DNA from: Candidatus Versatilivorator sp.
Lineage (GTDB): Bacteria; Acidobacteriota; Terriglobia; Versatilivoradales; Versatilivoraceae
Assembly (NCBI GenBank): GCA_965207735.1
Contig: OZ242296.1
Coordinates: 2,720,001 to 2,784,000 of the forward strand
DNA length: 64,000 bases
Direction of reading: 5' to 3'
Of the stretch, positions 28,048 through 38,491 are shown in pieces. Position numbers and translations under genes: made by a program. Each line of letters begins with the position of its first letter. Within the stretch, counting starts at the first letter, position 1. Below the pieces are notes generated by a model. The model was not told where the DNA came from, ran no database searches, and saw only the letters and a list, made by a program, of their open reading frames with translations.

Positions 28048-30591
28048 TCAATGGTTATGGTAAAACTCGGGGGAGTTCAGCAACCCCCATAACAGATCCT
28101 CCAAGGCCTGGCGGCGTGAGGGGTGCCGGCCGACCATGGCTTCCAGTTGTTCCCGTTCTTCCTCCCCGGGAAAGCGCACCAGTGCTCTCAGGTAGAGCTC
28201 CTCGATGATCTCCCGGTCCGAGCCGCCCCCACCGATCAAGCGGTCGATGACGCCTCCCTCGCGGGCCAGATGCTCGGTAAAGGTCGACCCGGCCAGAGTG
28301 TGCAGGGCCCTGCCCAGGTTGGGCCGAGGCCGCTTCTCCGGGAGCATGGACCGGGGGGCCTTGCCGTAGTTGTCCAGAATCCGGGAGCGGAAGATGTCGG
28401 GCAGCTTGACGTTGATGGCCCGGGTGCCCGGCGGCAGCCTGCCCTCCCCGTCGCCGTAGCTCTCCTGCTCCAGGATCAGGGGAACCCCCGTCACCGTGGC
28501 GATGGCGTCGAAGAGCACCTCGGCATCCAGGGCCCGCGGCAACGCATGAGAGTAGTGGGTGCGGTCCTCCCGATTGGTTCGGTTGGGGCGGCTGCTGAGC
28601 TGGTAGGTCCTGGAGCTGACGATGGTCCTGATCATGCGGCGAAGATCGTGGTTGTGTTTCCTGAAGTCCTTCGCCAGAGCCGCCAGCAGCCTGGGGTGAG
28701 TGGGTGGATTGGCCGCGCGGAAATCGTCGACCGGCTCCACGATGCCTCTCCCGAAAAAATAGCTCCAGATCCGATTGACCGCCGCCTCGGCGAAATAGGG
28801 ATGGGCGGTGATCCACTCGGCCAGCTTGACCCGCGGGTCGGACCGCTCAGCCTCGGGCAGCAGGGCGCCGTTCAGGAAGGCCGGAAACACCTCCTCCCGG
28901 GTGCGTGGGTGGAGCACTTTCCGGCTCCTGCCCTTGACGAACAGATCCACCTCCTGACCGGTCGGGTCCTCGAAGATGACCGTGCCGGGCTCCTCCCCCC
29001 GTCCTCCCACCAGGTTCATGCGCCCGAAGAATGCTGCCAGCCCCCAGAACTGATCCTGGCTCCAGGCCTCGAAGGGGTGGTTGTGGCACTCTGCGCAGTC
29101 CAGCCGGCGCCCCAGGAAAACCCTGACCTCTTCGGCCATCTTGTTTTGCGGGTAGCGCACCTCCCCATTGGGCAGGAAGTGTCTCGAAGGCGCGCTGTAG
29201 CCCAAGGCGGCAATGCGCTCCCGGGCCACCTGGTCGTAGGGGGTGTTGCCGGCGACGTGGCCCCGAATCCATTCCCAGTAAGCTTCGGTCCACGGCAGGT
29301 TGATGCCGTTCTCGAAGAGAGCCACCCTGAACAGTTGGGACAACCGATAGGTCCAATAGTCCACGAACTCGGGAGTCTGCAGGAGCGTATCGACCAGCTT
29401 CTCCCTCTTGTCAGGATCGCTGCTCTGCAGAAACTCCCTGGTCCTTCGGGGCGGAGGCAGCGTGCCGGTCAAGTCCAGGCACACCCGCCGCAGGAATTCC
29501 GCGTCGCCGGAGAGCTCGGAGGGATTCCGATGCAGCCGTCTCAACTTGTGGAAGACCAGGCGGTCGATGAAGTTATGGGCGGGAAGGCTAGGATATCGGG
29601 CGAGGGTCTCCTCGATGACGCTGACCCGGGCCGTGGTGGAATGGCCGGCCGTCCGAACGGTCACGAAGGTCTCCCCGGGACGCAATCCCCGCAGCCGGCC
29701 TTGCGGTTCGACCTCCACCACGTCGCTGTTGTCGGACAGATAGCGCACCTGGCCGGTGAGGTCCCGGCGGGTTCCACTATCGAGCAGCGCGCTGACCAGC
29801 AGTTGCTGCCCGCCCCCCACCTCCAGCACGGCCTCGGCCGGATAGACCTCGATGGTCCTGACCCCGGGTCTCGAGGCTGTCTCCGGCTCAAAAGGCGCTC
29901 CCTCTTTCACCCACTGCAGCAACGTCTTGTAATCTTCCGATTCCAAGGGCAACTGCAGCCCACCCTGATGGGGCTCGGCCAGGGTCGGCTTGCTCAGCAG
30001 CAGGCTCTTTGCAGGCTCTTCCCGGTCGATTCGCGGAATCTCCGTCCCCGGATCGGGAGACAGGACCTGGTAGGTCCCGCCCTTGACGATCCAGCGATAG
30101 TCCTCCTCCGGGTAGATGCCGTAGAGGGAAAGCTTGAATCCGCCTCTTCCCTTCACGCCTCCATGGCAATGGGTGTCGTTGCAGCCCCGCCGGGTCAATA
30201 TCCTTTCGACATCCCAGGCGAAGCTCAGTGGCGGATGACCGGCCCTGTCCTTGACCCGGAGCCGCACCGTGGCCGATCGATCCCCCAGGCGAACCGTCAC
30301 ATCGGTGACGCCCGCGGCCAGGGCCTCGACCTTCCCCTCGGGAGAAACCGCCGCCACGCCGGCCTTGGTAAATTCCCACCGGCTGAGCTGGGTCACATCC
30401 CGCTCCAACCGGTCGTCGTAGCGGCCCATCACCAGAAGTTGCCGGGTGGCCCCAGCCCCTTCCAGCTCCACCGCCTCGGGCACGATCCGGACCGACAGCA
30501 GTTCCGGCTCGGACGTCTCGGCCCCGAGCGTGATCGAGCCGGCTGCAACCAGGAATCCCAGCAAAAGAATCGGACTGCGCCTTGGCTTCAT
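28048..30591 (-). CDS. DUF1549/DUF1553 protein with Ig-like (Big_2) domains and CxxxxCH/CxxCH motifs
   Basis: Signal peptide, GCNDTHCHG, NFIDRLV, FLRRVCLDLTG, LDCAECHNHPF, NRIW.YFFGRGIVEPVDD, LLNSPEFYHNH. Confidence 0.92.
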   Translation of the reverse strand: MKPRRSPILLLGFLVAAGSITLGAETSEPELLSVRIVPEAVELEGAGATRQLLVMGRYDDRLERDVTQLSRWEFTKAGVAAVSPEGKVEALAAGVTDVTVRLGDRSATVRLRVKDRAGHPPLSFAWDVERILTRRGCNDTHCHGGVKGRGGFKLSLYGIYPEEDYRWIVKGGTYQVLSPDPGTEIPRIDREEPAKSLLLSKPTLAEPHQGGLQLPLESEDYKTLLQWVKEGAPFEPETASRPGVRTIEVYPAEAVLEVGGGQQLLVSALLDSGTRRDLTGQVRYLSDNSDVVEVEPQGRLRGLRPGETFVTVRTAGHSTTARVSVIEETLARYPSLPAHNFIDRLVFHKLRRLHRNPSELSGDAEFLRRVCLDLTGTLPPPRRTREFLQSSDPDKREKLVDTLLQTPEFVDYWTYRLSQLFRVALFENGINLPWTEAYWEWIRGHVAGNTPYDQVARERIAALGYSAPSRHFLPNGEVRYPQNKMAEEVRVFLGRRLDCAECHNHPFEAWSQDQFWGLAAFFGRMNLVGGRGEEPGTVIFEDPTGQEVDLFVKGRSRKVLHPRTREEVFPAFLNGALLPEAERSDPRVKLAEWITAHPYFAEAAVNRIWSYFFGRGIVEPVDDFRAANPPTHPRLLAALAKDFRKHNHDLRRMIRTIVSSRTYQLSSRPNRTNREDRTHYSHALPRALDAEVLFDAIATVTGVPLILEQESYGDGEGRLPPGTRAINVKLPDIFRSRILDNYGKAPRSMLPEKRPRPNLGRALHTLAGSTFTEHLAREGGVIDRLIGGGGSDREIIEELYLRALVRFPGEEEREQLEAMVGRHPSRRQALEDLLWGLLNSPEFYHNH

Positions 30592-30598
30592 TTGAGGA

Positions 30599-32506
30599 TC
30601 AATCTCCCAGCACCATCACCAGCAGGTCGCCGGCTGCAATCGCTTCGCCCACCTTGCCCCCGACCACGGGACGGGCGCTGAGGCGGACCAGGCTCGGCAT
30701 GCGGGTCGAGGGCGCCCCCGGCGCGGCCGCCAGCAACACGGTGGTCGTTTGATTCTTGGGCACGAACCGTTCCTTGTGAATTTCGGGAAGAGGGGGCTCG
30801 GTGTGGGGCTCGACCTCTGCGCCCGGCAGAAACCGCACCCGGCTGGGCAGGCCATCGGCGCTGAAGAGGATGTCGCCGCCGAAGCCCTCCTCCTGATCGG
30901 AGAGAATGGTCACCTTTTTCGCCTGTCCCGGCCTCAGGTTCACCACCTCCGGAGTGGCTTCGATCCGCCCCACGTGGGGGACCTGGGGTCGCAACAGCAG
31001 CCGGTACCGGAAAGTCGGCTCTCCGGATCGAGGAGTGATGTCGCGCACCTGCAGCCTGTAGATTCCTGCCCTGTCAAAGGTATAGAGGGTCTTGGCCTGG
31101 ATGAGACGCACCCAGTCATCGCCGTCACCCGCGATCTTTCTGAAATAGTTGGTCAACAACTCCCGGCCGTCCGCATCCAGCACGGCCACCCTGGGATTGA
31201 ATCGGGGCGGTGCGGCCTCGGGCGTCTCCAGTTCCAGGGCCAGCGAGGTCCCGGACTTCACTTCGAACCGGAACCAGTCCACGTCTCCGGGACTCTGGAT
31301 GGCTCCCTCCAGCAGTTGCGGCAGAACGATCGGGGCGGCCTGCTCCGGCAAGTCGTTGGGCTCCACTTCGCTCAGCAATCCGGTCCCGGCGGCTTCAGCG
31401 GGTACCGCTCTCTCGGGTGAAACGCCCGAGCCCGGGGCAACGCCGGTCGAGCCTGCGCCGGGGGCAGCTTGCGGTCCGCCATTCTCCTGGGCCTTCCCGG
31501 CAGAAACCGTTCGCGACTGCAGCCAGTCCAGCCGAGACGGGTCCAGCTTTCGACGAAACGGCTGCTGGATTTCGGCCAGGGCCGATGGAGGGATGAGCGC
31601 AACCTCCGGTGCCGCGGGGCCTGCCTGCTCGGAAGTCGCCACCCGGAGCTGGTAGAAGAAATCGGGTCCTCCCACGCCCAGGTTGGAACTGACCTCAACC
31701 AGATAACGACCGGAGTCCCGGCACAGGTGGGTGATTCGGGACCGCGGAGAAAACAGCAGCCGGTCGGGCCGCTCCGGGTCGAACCAACTGCCGCCTTCCT
31801 TGTAGAGCGTCAGGCGAATCCCGTCGGACTTGGTGACGGTGGTGTTGGAGAGAGCCTGAATGACCAGCCTGTCGCCGCTTGAAGCCATGAACGAGTAGAA
31901 GTCGACCTCGCCGTTCCGGCTCAGCTTGCCGTTGAGCAGGGTCGGGATCTCAACGGGCTGGGCTTGGGCCGGACGACGGTGGGACCCGGGTGCCTCCAGG
32001 CCGACCGGCTGGTCGACCACGACCATCCCCAGGGGGTTGGAAACCCCGGCCGGCGTAACCAACCGCAGTTCGTGCTTCCCCAGCGGCACCTCCGATGCCA
32101 CCTGCACCTGCAATGACACCCGTTGTCCCTGAACCCACAGCTTGGGCGCCCGCAGGTCCTTCTTCTCCTGGAACTGCATTCCCTCGATCCGGGCGACCTC
32201 GCCGCTCAGTCCCCCGGTCCCGAACCACACTCCATAGCATTTTTCGAGGTCCTTGCCCCGGACTTCCAACTCGAGTACCCTTCCCCGCTGGACACTGACG
32301 GGAAACAGGGAGCGCAACTCGGGCGCCCGAGGCTCTGCGGACGCCTCACCGGCCTGCATGCCGCGATCGGGTGCCAAAGCGGAACAGAGCACCCACACCG
32401 CCAGAGCCACCGCCCACTTTCCGGCACCCCCAGAGCACTTGGAAGGGGTGGGACTGGCGAAGTATGGACGGAGGGGGAGTTCAAGCACCGGCAGCTCCCG
32501 AGTCAT
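30599..32506 (-). CDS. PPC (pre-peptidase C-terminal)-repeat protein of the DUF1501/DUF1553 cluster
   Basis: LRLVTPAGVSNP, GEVDFYSF, EVEPND...GDVDWFRF, YRLQVRD. Start uncertain; ORF track extends to 32650. Confidence 0.8.
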   Translation of the reverse strand: MTRELPVLELPLRPYFASPTPSKCSGGAGKWAVALAVWVLCSALAPDRGMQAGEASAEPRAPELRSLFPVSVQRGRVLELEVRGKDLEKCYGVWFGTGGLSGEVARIEGMQFQEKKDLRAPKLWVQGQRVSLQVQVASEVPLGKHELRLVTPAGVSNPLGMVVVDQPVGLEAPGSHRRPAQAQPVEIPTLLNGKLSRNGEVDFYSFMASSGDRLVIQALSNTTVTKSDGIRLTLYKEGGSWFDPERPDRLLFSPRSRITHLCRDSGRYLVEVSSNLGVGGPDFFYQLRVATSEQAGPAAPEVALIPPSALAEIQQPFRRKLDPSRLDWLQSRTVSAGKAQENGGPQAAPGAGSTGVAPGSGVSPERAVPAEAAGTGLLSEVEPNDLPEQAAPIVLPQLLEGAIQSPGDVDWFRFEVKSGTSLALELETPEAAPPRFNPRVAVLDADGRELLTNYFRKIAGDGDDWVRLIQAKTLYTFDRAGIYRLQVRDITPRSGEPTFRYRLLLRPQVPHVGRIEATPEVVNLRPGQAKKVTILSDQEEGFGGDILFSADGLPSRVRFLPGAEVEPHTEPPLPEIHKERFVPKNQTTTVLLAAAPGAPSTRMPSLVRLSARPVVGGKVGEAIAAGDLLVMVLGD

Positions 32507-32567
32507 CGGATTAGGTGGGAAACACAACCTATAATGTACCTTGAGGCTCGGTTGAGGGTCAAGGAGA

Positions 32568-33917
32568 GTGCCCGTGAACCTGCAAGAGTTCCTGGAGGTA
32601 TTGGCCAACTTGGTGTGGGGCCCTCCGATGCTGGCTTTGACCGTGGGCACGGGCCTGTTTCTGACCGTTCGGTTGCGTGGGCTTCAGTTCCGAAGGCTCT
32701 GGTCCTCGCTCTACCTGGCCCTGGTGACCCGCAAGGAGAGCGGCGCCAGCGGCGACGTCACCCACTTCCAGGCCCTGATGACCGCCCTGTCGGCCACGGT
32801 GGGTACCGGAAACATCGCCGGCGTGGCCACCGCCATCGTCTCTGGAGGTCCCGGGGCGCTGTTCTGGATGTGGGTGACGGGACTGGTGGGCATGGCCACC
32901 AAGTTCGCCGAAGCCCTGCTGGGAGTCAAATACCGCATCAGAGGTCCCCGCGGCCAGATGTCGGGCGGGCCCATGCACTACTTGAGCCGGGGATTCAATC
33001 AACCTGCGCTGGCCGGCTTGTACGCCTTTCTGGCAGCCTTCACCCTCACCGTCGGCGGCAACATGACCCAGTCCCACTCCATAGCCGACGCCATGCAGGC
33101 CGGGCTGGGAGTGCCCACCCTCTGGACCGGCGCCATTACGGCCGGCGCCACCGCGGTGGTCATCCTGGGCGGCATCCGCAGCATCGCTCGGGCAGCCACC
33201 GCCCTGGTGCCCACCATGATCGTGATCTACTGCCTGGCCGGCCTGCTGGCGCTGGCGTTTCATTGGCAGGCGATACCCTCGGTGTTGGCGGAGGTCCTCA
33301 AGGGAGCCTTCTCCCCGGCAGCGGCCGTGGGAGGATTTGCCGGGGCCACCGTCCTGAGAACCATCCGCTATGGAGTGGCCCGGGGCGTCAACAGCAACGA
33401 GAGCGGCATGGGCACGGCGGGAATCGTTGCCGCTGCCGCCCAAACCCGCCATCCGGTGACTCAAGCCCTGGTTTCCATGACTCAGACCTTCATCGATACG
33501 CTGGTGGTGTGTTCGGTAACCGGCTTCATCATCCTGGGAACCGGAGCCTGGAAGAGCGGAGCCAGCGGGGCCGCCCTGACAACTGCCGCCTTCCGGGAGG
33601 GACTTCCCTTGTGGCTGCACGGGGACGTGATCGTCGCCCTGACGCTGCCCCTCTTCGCCTTTACCACCATCCTGGGCAACAACTACTATGCGGAAAAGGC
33701 CCTGGAATACCTGTTCGGCCACGGTCGCTTCGTGCCCTACTACCGCTCGATCTGGGTCTGCCTGACCTTTGTGGGCTCCATGCTCTCCCTGGAGACGGTG
33801 TGGACGTTTCTGGACGTGTCCCTCGGCAGCATGGTCCTGCCCAATCTGATCGGCCTGCTGGGCTTGAGCGGCATCGTGGTCGCCGAGACCCGGGGCTATT
33901 TTGCGGTGAGGCGGTAA
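32568..33917 (+). CDS. Sodium:alanine/glycine symporter (AGCS/AlsT family)
   Basis: [58 protein letters not shown]. Confidence 0.95.
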   Translation: MPVNLQEFLEVLANLVWGPPMLALTVGTGLFLTVRLRGLQFRRLWSSLYLALVTRKESGASGDVTHFQALMTALSATVGTGNIAGVATAIVSGGPGALFWMWVTGLVGMATKFAEALLGVKYRIRGPRGQMSGGPMHYLSRGFNQPALAGLYAFLAAFTLTVGGNMTQSHSIADAMQAGLGVPTLWTGAITAGATAVVILGGIRSIARAATALVPTMIVIYCLAGLLALAFHWQAIPSVLAEVLKGAFSPAAAVGGFAGATVLRTIRYGVARGVNSNESGMGTAGIVAAAAQTRHPVTQALVSMTQTFIDTLVVCSVTGFIILGTGAWKSGASGAALTTAAFREGLPLWLHGDVIVALTLPLFAFTTILGNNYYAEKALEYLFGHGRFVPYYRSIWVCLTFVGSMLSLETVWTFLDVSLGSMVLPNLIGLLGLSGIVVAETRGYFAVRR

Positions 33918-33929
33918 ACCCTCGTCCCT

Positions 33930-34820
33930 ATGACAACACCCGACAATTGGCAGTTTCAGCAGGTTGCCGGACCCTTCGGGCTGACCGAGGGTCCGGCCTG
34001 GGACGGCGAGGCTCTGCTGTTCAGCAACCTCCCCAACAGCCGCATCCTGCGTTACCACCCTCGGACCCGGAAGACGGAAACCTGGCGCCGCGGCACCCGC
34101 ATGGCCAACGGCCTGATGCTGGACAGGCGCGGCCGGCTCTTTGCCTGCGAAGCCGCCGGCAGATGCATTGCCAGTTACCACCGGGACGGAGCCCGTACGG
34201 TTATCGCCGACTCCTTTCGGGGCAGCAGACTCAACAGCCCCAACGACCTGGCCATCGACCTCAAGGGCCGCATCTGGTTCTCCGACCCCAACTACAGCAG
34301 CCACTGGGCCGAGGCCATCGGTCCGCCGGAGCTGGAACACAAAGCGGTCTACCGGCTGGATCCCCGAGCCGACGGGAGTTGGTCCATACAACGGATGACC
34401 CATGACACCGCCCGTCCCAACGGCCTGCTGGTCACACCCGACCTCCGGACACTCTACGTCGCCGAGAGCGACTTTCAGGGCAACCGCCAGCTGAGAGCCT
34501 ACCCCATTCTGGAGGATGCCACCCTGGGCCCTTGCGAGATCCTGCACGACTTCGCGCCCCACCGCGGCATCGACGGCATGTGTCTGGATGCAGAGGGCAA
34601 CCTGGTGGCCGCGGCCGGCTGGGAGAAGAGCGGCCCCGGCGGCATGATCTACGTCTTCGATCCTCAAGGGCGCATCCTGGAACGCCATCCGACCCCATGC
34701 CAGCGCCCCACCAACTGCAGTTGGGGTGGCCATGATCTGGAGACGCTCTACCTCACCTCCGTGTGCGGCCGGCTGTACCGAATCGAGACCGGGCGGAAAG
34801 GATGGCTGCTGTACCCCTGA
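33930..34820 (+). CDS. SMP-30/gluconolactonase family protein
   Basis: TEGPAWDG, ANGL, LNSPNDL, FSDP, PNGL, DGMCLDAEGNL, PTNC.WGG. Confidence 0.92.
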   Translation: MTTPDNWQFQQVAGPFGLTEGPAWDGEALLFSNLPNSRILRYHPRTRKTETWRRGTRMANGLMLDRRGRLFACEAAGRCIASYHRDGARTVIADSFRGSRLNSPNDLAIDLKGRIWFSDPNYSSHWAEAIGPPELEHKAVYRLDPRADGSWSIQRMTHDTARPNGLLVTPDLRTLYVAESDFQGNRQLRAYPILEDATLGPCEILHDFAPHRGIDGMCLDAEGNLVAAAGWEKSGPGGMIYVFDPQGRILERHPTPCQRPTNCSWGGHDLETLYLTSVCGRLYRIETGRKGWLLYP

Positions 34821-34834
34821 AGAAGGAGCGCGTT

Positions 34835-35596
34835 TTGAGAGCCAACAAGACCAAGGCCAAGCTCAAGAGAGGAGAATCGGTGTACGGCTGCTTCCTGCGC
34901 TACCCCGACCCCGCCCTGGTGGAGATGCTGGCCCGTTTTGGATGGGATTTCGTGGTGTTGGAAAGCGAGCATGGCCGGCTGGACCCGCGCACCTGCGAAG
35001 AGATGGTGAGGGCGGCCGAGTTGAACGGCATCACCCCCATCGTGCGGGTGACCACCAATTCCCCCTCGATCATTCTGAGATTTCTGGATAGCGGCGCCCA
35101 GGGCATCATCGTTCCCCAGGTCAATTCGGCCGAAGAAGCCGAACGGGCGGTGGCGGCCGTCAAGTTCCAGCCTCGGGGCAATCGCGGGCTGTCGGGGTCG
35201 CGGGCGGCCGACTACGGCCAGGGGTCATCCTTCGGGGATCATGTCCTGCAGTCCAACCGGGAAACCCTGTTGGTCCTCTACGTGGAGACGGCGGAAGCGG
35301 TGCGGCAACTGCCTCGGATTCTGGCCGTGCAGGGCGTTGACGTGGTCAACGTGGGGCGCACCGATCTCTCCCATTCGCTGGGAGTGCCGGGACAGCCCGA
35401 ACATCCCCGAATGCGGCAGTGCCTCCAGGAAATCCTGGCCGGCGTGAACAATTCGCCGGTGGCCCTGGGGATCATGGCGGCCAACCCCGAGGCGGCCCGC
35501 CAGTGGCGGGCTCGAGGGGCACGCTACATCAGCATCAACCTGGAGTCGTTATTGAAACAATCGATACGGGAGTTCCTGAGCGGCGCCCGGGAGTGA
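34835..35596 (+). CDS. HpcH/HpaI aldolase family
   Basis: GWDFVVLESEHG, LDSGAQGIIVPQV, VET, VGRTDLSHSLG. AAGGAG RBS before TTG 34835. Confidence 0.9.
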   Translation: MRANKTKAKLKRGESVYGCFLRYPDPALVEMLARFGWDFVVLESEHGRLDPRTCEEMVRAAELNGITPIVRVTTNSPSIILRFLDSGAQGIIVPQVNSAEEAERAVAAVKFQPRGNRGLSGSRAADYGQGSSFGDHVLQSNRETLLVLYVETAEAVRQLPRILAVQGVDVVNVGRTDLSHSLGVPGQPEHPRMRQCLQEILAGVNNSPVALGIMAANPEAARQWRARGARYISINLESLLKQSIREFLSGARE

Positions 35597-35688
35597 AGGG
35601 CGACGAGCGCATCGTTCCGCGAGGGTTTGCAGAAGCGCCAGCCTGAATCGCACTGCACTTGGTTTCCGTACGATCTCTTACCGCATTG

Positions 35689-36066
35689 TTATGGCATTCG
35701 CTTCCGATACCGAACTCCGTCGATCCCATCGAAGTCTGCGTCCTGTGTCCAAAGTTCTGCTCCGTATTGGCGAGCGGTTGCGAGAATGACACTGTCAGCC
35801 AACGGCAGACCCAGTTCGACACTGAGGCGGGCAGCGTTCAAAGCAATCGTCGCTTCCAGCTCCACGACAGTCCCTTGCTGCATGACGGCTGCCGCCTCAA
35901 GTGCAGTGCTCTCGTCTCGTTGCTGGAGCACCCGTTTGAATACTTCGAAGAGACTTAACGTGGGAACCACAAGCGTCTCGATGTCTTCGATAGGCTCCGC
36001 AAAGAAGGAAGCGTTCGGCCCATCGGCGAAATACTCCAGCCAAGCGCTGGAGTCGACGACGTTCAT
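35689..36066 (-). CDS. vapC: VapC PIN-domain toxin
   Basis: VVDSSAWLEY, FEV, LADSVILATA, LWTQDADF. Overlaps the antitoxin stop (4 nt). Confidence 0.92.
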   Translation of the reverse strand: MNVVDSSAWLEYFADGPNASFFAEPIEDIETLVVPTLSLFEVFKRVLQQRDESTALEAAAVMQQGTVVELEATIALNAARLSVELGLPLADSVILATARQYGAELWTQDADFDGIDGVRYRKRMP

Positions 36067-36269
36067 ACCCGATCTCCCTCGCGTTCGACCTTCGTGTCGA
36101 TGCCTTTCAGAAAACCCTTCATCTGCCGGGCCGGACGCACGGGAATGAGCTCAATGCGGCCGCCATAGGCGATCGCCTGGACCTTTTGGCCCGGCAGGAG
36201 ACCGAGCCGATCACGGATCTCCTTCGGAATGACTACCTGATACTTGGGCGAAATGGTTACTGTTTGCAC
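36063..36269 (-). CDS. AbrB/MazE-fold antitoxin (VapB)
   Basis: VTISPKYQVVIPKEIR..LGL.PGQ; GGAGG RBS before GTG 36269; upstream palindrome CGATAG-AG-CTATCG (36281-36294). Confidence 0.9.
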   Translation of the reverse strand: MQTVTISPKYQVVIPKEIRDRLGLLPGQKVQAIAYGGRIELIPVRPARQMKGFLKGIDTKVEREGDRV

Positions 36270-36484
36270 GGGACCTCCATCGATAGAGCTATCGTAATAC
36301 CAATAGTGTATCAAACTCTCTCGTGTAGGGTCGACTGAAAGGCCCATGCGTGCAGCGCTGGGGGTCCCCCCGGTCAGTCCGGGGTGCTATTTCGAAGCAG
36401 TTGGACTAGTCTTTCGAGTAAGTCCGTGTTTCTGCTCGACACCAGTGTCGTTTCGGGATTGCGGGGAGCACTCCGAGCATACAC

Positions 36485-38440
36485 ATGATTCGACTTTCCG
36501 CGGCCAGAAAACAGTTCGGCTCCCAGAGCTTGTTCGAAGATCTCGACTGGCTGATCACGTCGACGGATCGCATTGGGCTGGTAGGCGGAAACGGGACAGG
36601 CAAGACAACACTGCTGAAGATCCTGGGGGGGATGGAGCCCCTCGATGGCGGTCTGTTTTCTGCGCCGAAAGATATGACTGCCGGCTACCTTCCTCAGGAT
36701 GGCCTGTCACTGTCCGGGCGCACAGTCATGGAAGAATGCCTCTCTGTTTTCGGCGATCTGCTCGAACTCGAGGAAGAAATGAATGTCCTGACTCACCGGA
36801 TGGCGGAAGTTGATCCGCACAGCGATGAGTACCACCGGATCACGGATCGCTATCACCGAATCGAGACCGAATTTCAGGGCCGCGACGGCTACTCATTGGA
36901 GGCGCAGGCCAGCACCGTGCTGAGCGGCCTGGGCTTTGCGCCCGCAGATTCGAACCGTCCGACGGAAGAACTCGCCGGCGGCTGGCAAATGCGCTTGGCG
37001 CTGGCCAAGCTCTTGCTGATCAAGCCCAAGCTCCTATTGCTGGACGAGCCGACAAATCATCTCGATCTCGAGGCCCGCAACTGGTTGGAACAGTATCTGA
37101 ACGAGTATCCGTACGCCTTCGTCCTGGTCTCCCACGACCGCTACATGCTGGATGCCACGGTGAACAAGATTCTCGAGCTGTGGAATCGTCGCGCTTACTT
37201 TTGCAGCGGGAACTACGAACGCTATCTGGCACAGAAATCCGCGCGCCAAGCGCAACTTCAGGCGTCCTACCGCAACCAGCGGGAAAAGATTGAACGCCTT
37301 GAAATCTTCATCAATCGCTTCCGCTACCAAGCCACCAGGGCGAAGCAGGTGCAGAGCCGAATCAAGGAACTCGAGAAGATCAAACGGATCGAATTACCTT
37401 CCCGGGAAAAGACCATCCGATTCGCGTTTCCTCAGCCACCCAGGAGCGGAGGCATGGTGGCCGAGTTTCGCGGGGTCGCCAAGAGTTATGCAGGCAATCA
37501 GGTATTCCAGGGCATGAGCTTCGTCATCAACCGCGGGGATCGCATAGGTCTGGTGGGGGTGAATGGAGCCGGGAAATCCACGCTGATCAAGATACTGGCT
37601 GGAAGCGAGCCGGCAACGGCAGGTGAATTTCGGCTGGGACACAACGTGGAAGTCGACCATTTCGCACAGGACCAGTATAAGGAGCTCGACCCCGGCGCCC
37701 GTCTGATCGACGATGTCTCGAGCATCGCACCCCTTGCCCTGAGCGGCCAGACGCAACTGCGCACTCTGCTCGGCTGCTTCCTGTTTTCGAGTGACGAGGT
37801 CTTCAAACAGATTCGCGTTCTTTCGGGTGGCGAGCGCAACCGCTATGCGCTCCTCCGCATGTTGCTGCGACCTCGAAATTTTCTGTTGCTCGATGAGCCC
37901 ACCAACCACCTCGACCTGCGAGCCAAGGACGTACTGCTCGAAGCACTGCAGGAGTTCAGCGGAACGGTAGTCTTTGTTTCCCATGATCGTTACTTCATTG
38001 ACAAGCTGGCAACGCGAATCTTCGAGATCGATGGTGGCAAGTTCCAGGATTTTTTCGGCAATTATGAAGACTACTTGCGGCAAAAGAACCCCGTCAGGCT
38101 CCAACGGGATGATCGAGAGGAGCGGCCGCGCGCGGAGAATTCAGGGGGATCCGGCGACCGGAGCGGAACGCCGTTGCGACCGAAGAAGATCAATCCTGTT
38201 CTTGTGCGGAAAATGAAGGAGCGGCACCAGGGGTTGGAGGAAGAAATCACCCGGTGTGAAGTGGAAATTGCCACTCAGGAGTTGAACCTGGGCACTTTCA
38301 AAAGTGCAAAGGAATCCATCCGCCTCGTCAAACTGGCGGAGCACAATCGCAAGCGGTTGGATGAAATGATCAAAGAGTGGGAGGAACTTTCGAGAACTCT
38401 GGAAGAATCGGACAGGAAGTCTTCCCTATTACGGAGTTAA
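36485..38440 (+). CDS. ABC-F family ATPase (YheS/Uup-like)
   Basis: Two NBDs (GGNGTGKT, LAGGWQMR, LLLDEPTNHLD; GVNGAGKS, LSGGE, LLLDEPTNHLD), no TM segments, coiled-coil C-terminal extension. Confidence 0.95.
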   Translation: MIRLSAARKQFGSQSLFEDLDWLITSTDRIGLVGGNGTGKTTLLKILGGMEPLDGGLFSAPKDMTAGYLPQDGLSLSGRTVMEECLSVFGDLLELEEEMNVLTHRMAEVDPHSDEYHRITDRYHRIETEFQGRDGYSLEAQASTVLSGLGFAPADSNRPTEELAGGWQMRLALAKLLLIKPKLLLLDEPTNHLDLEARNWLEQYLNEYPYAFVLVSHDRYMLDATVNKILELWNRRAYFCSGNYERYLAQKSARQAQLQASYRNQREKIERLEIFINRFRYQATRAKQVQSRIKELEKIKRIELPSREKTIRFAFPQPPRSGGMVAEFRGVAKSYAGNQVFQGMSFVINRGDRIGLVGVNGAGKSTLIKILAGSEPATAGEFRLGHNVEVDHFAQDQYKELDPGARLIDDVSSIAPLALSGQTQLRTLLGCFLFSSDEVFKQIRVLSGGERNRYALLRMLLRPRNFLLLDEPTNHLDLRAKDVLLEALQEFSGTVVFVSHDRYFIDKLATRIFEIDGGKFQDFFGNYEDYLRQKNPVRLQRDDREERPRAENSGGSGDRSGTPLRPKKINPVLVRKMKERHQGLEEEITRCEVEIATQELNLGTFKSAKESIRLVKLAEHNRKRLDEMIKEWEELSRTLEESDRKSSLLRS

Positions 38441-38491
38441 GGGGCGTCCATGTTGTGTTGTTGTACCCCATATTTCTTAAGGCACACCCCC

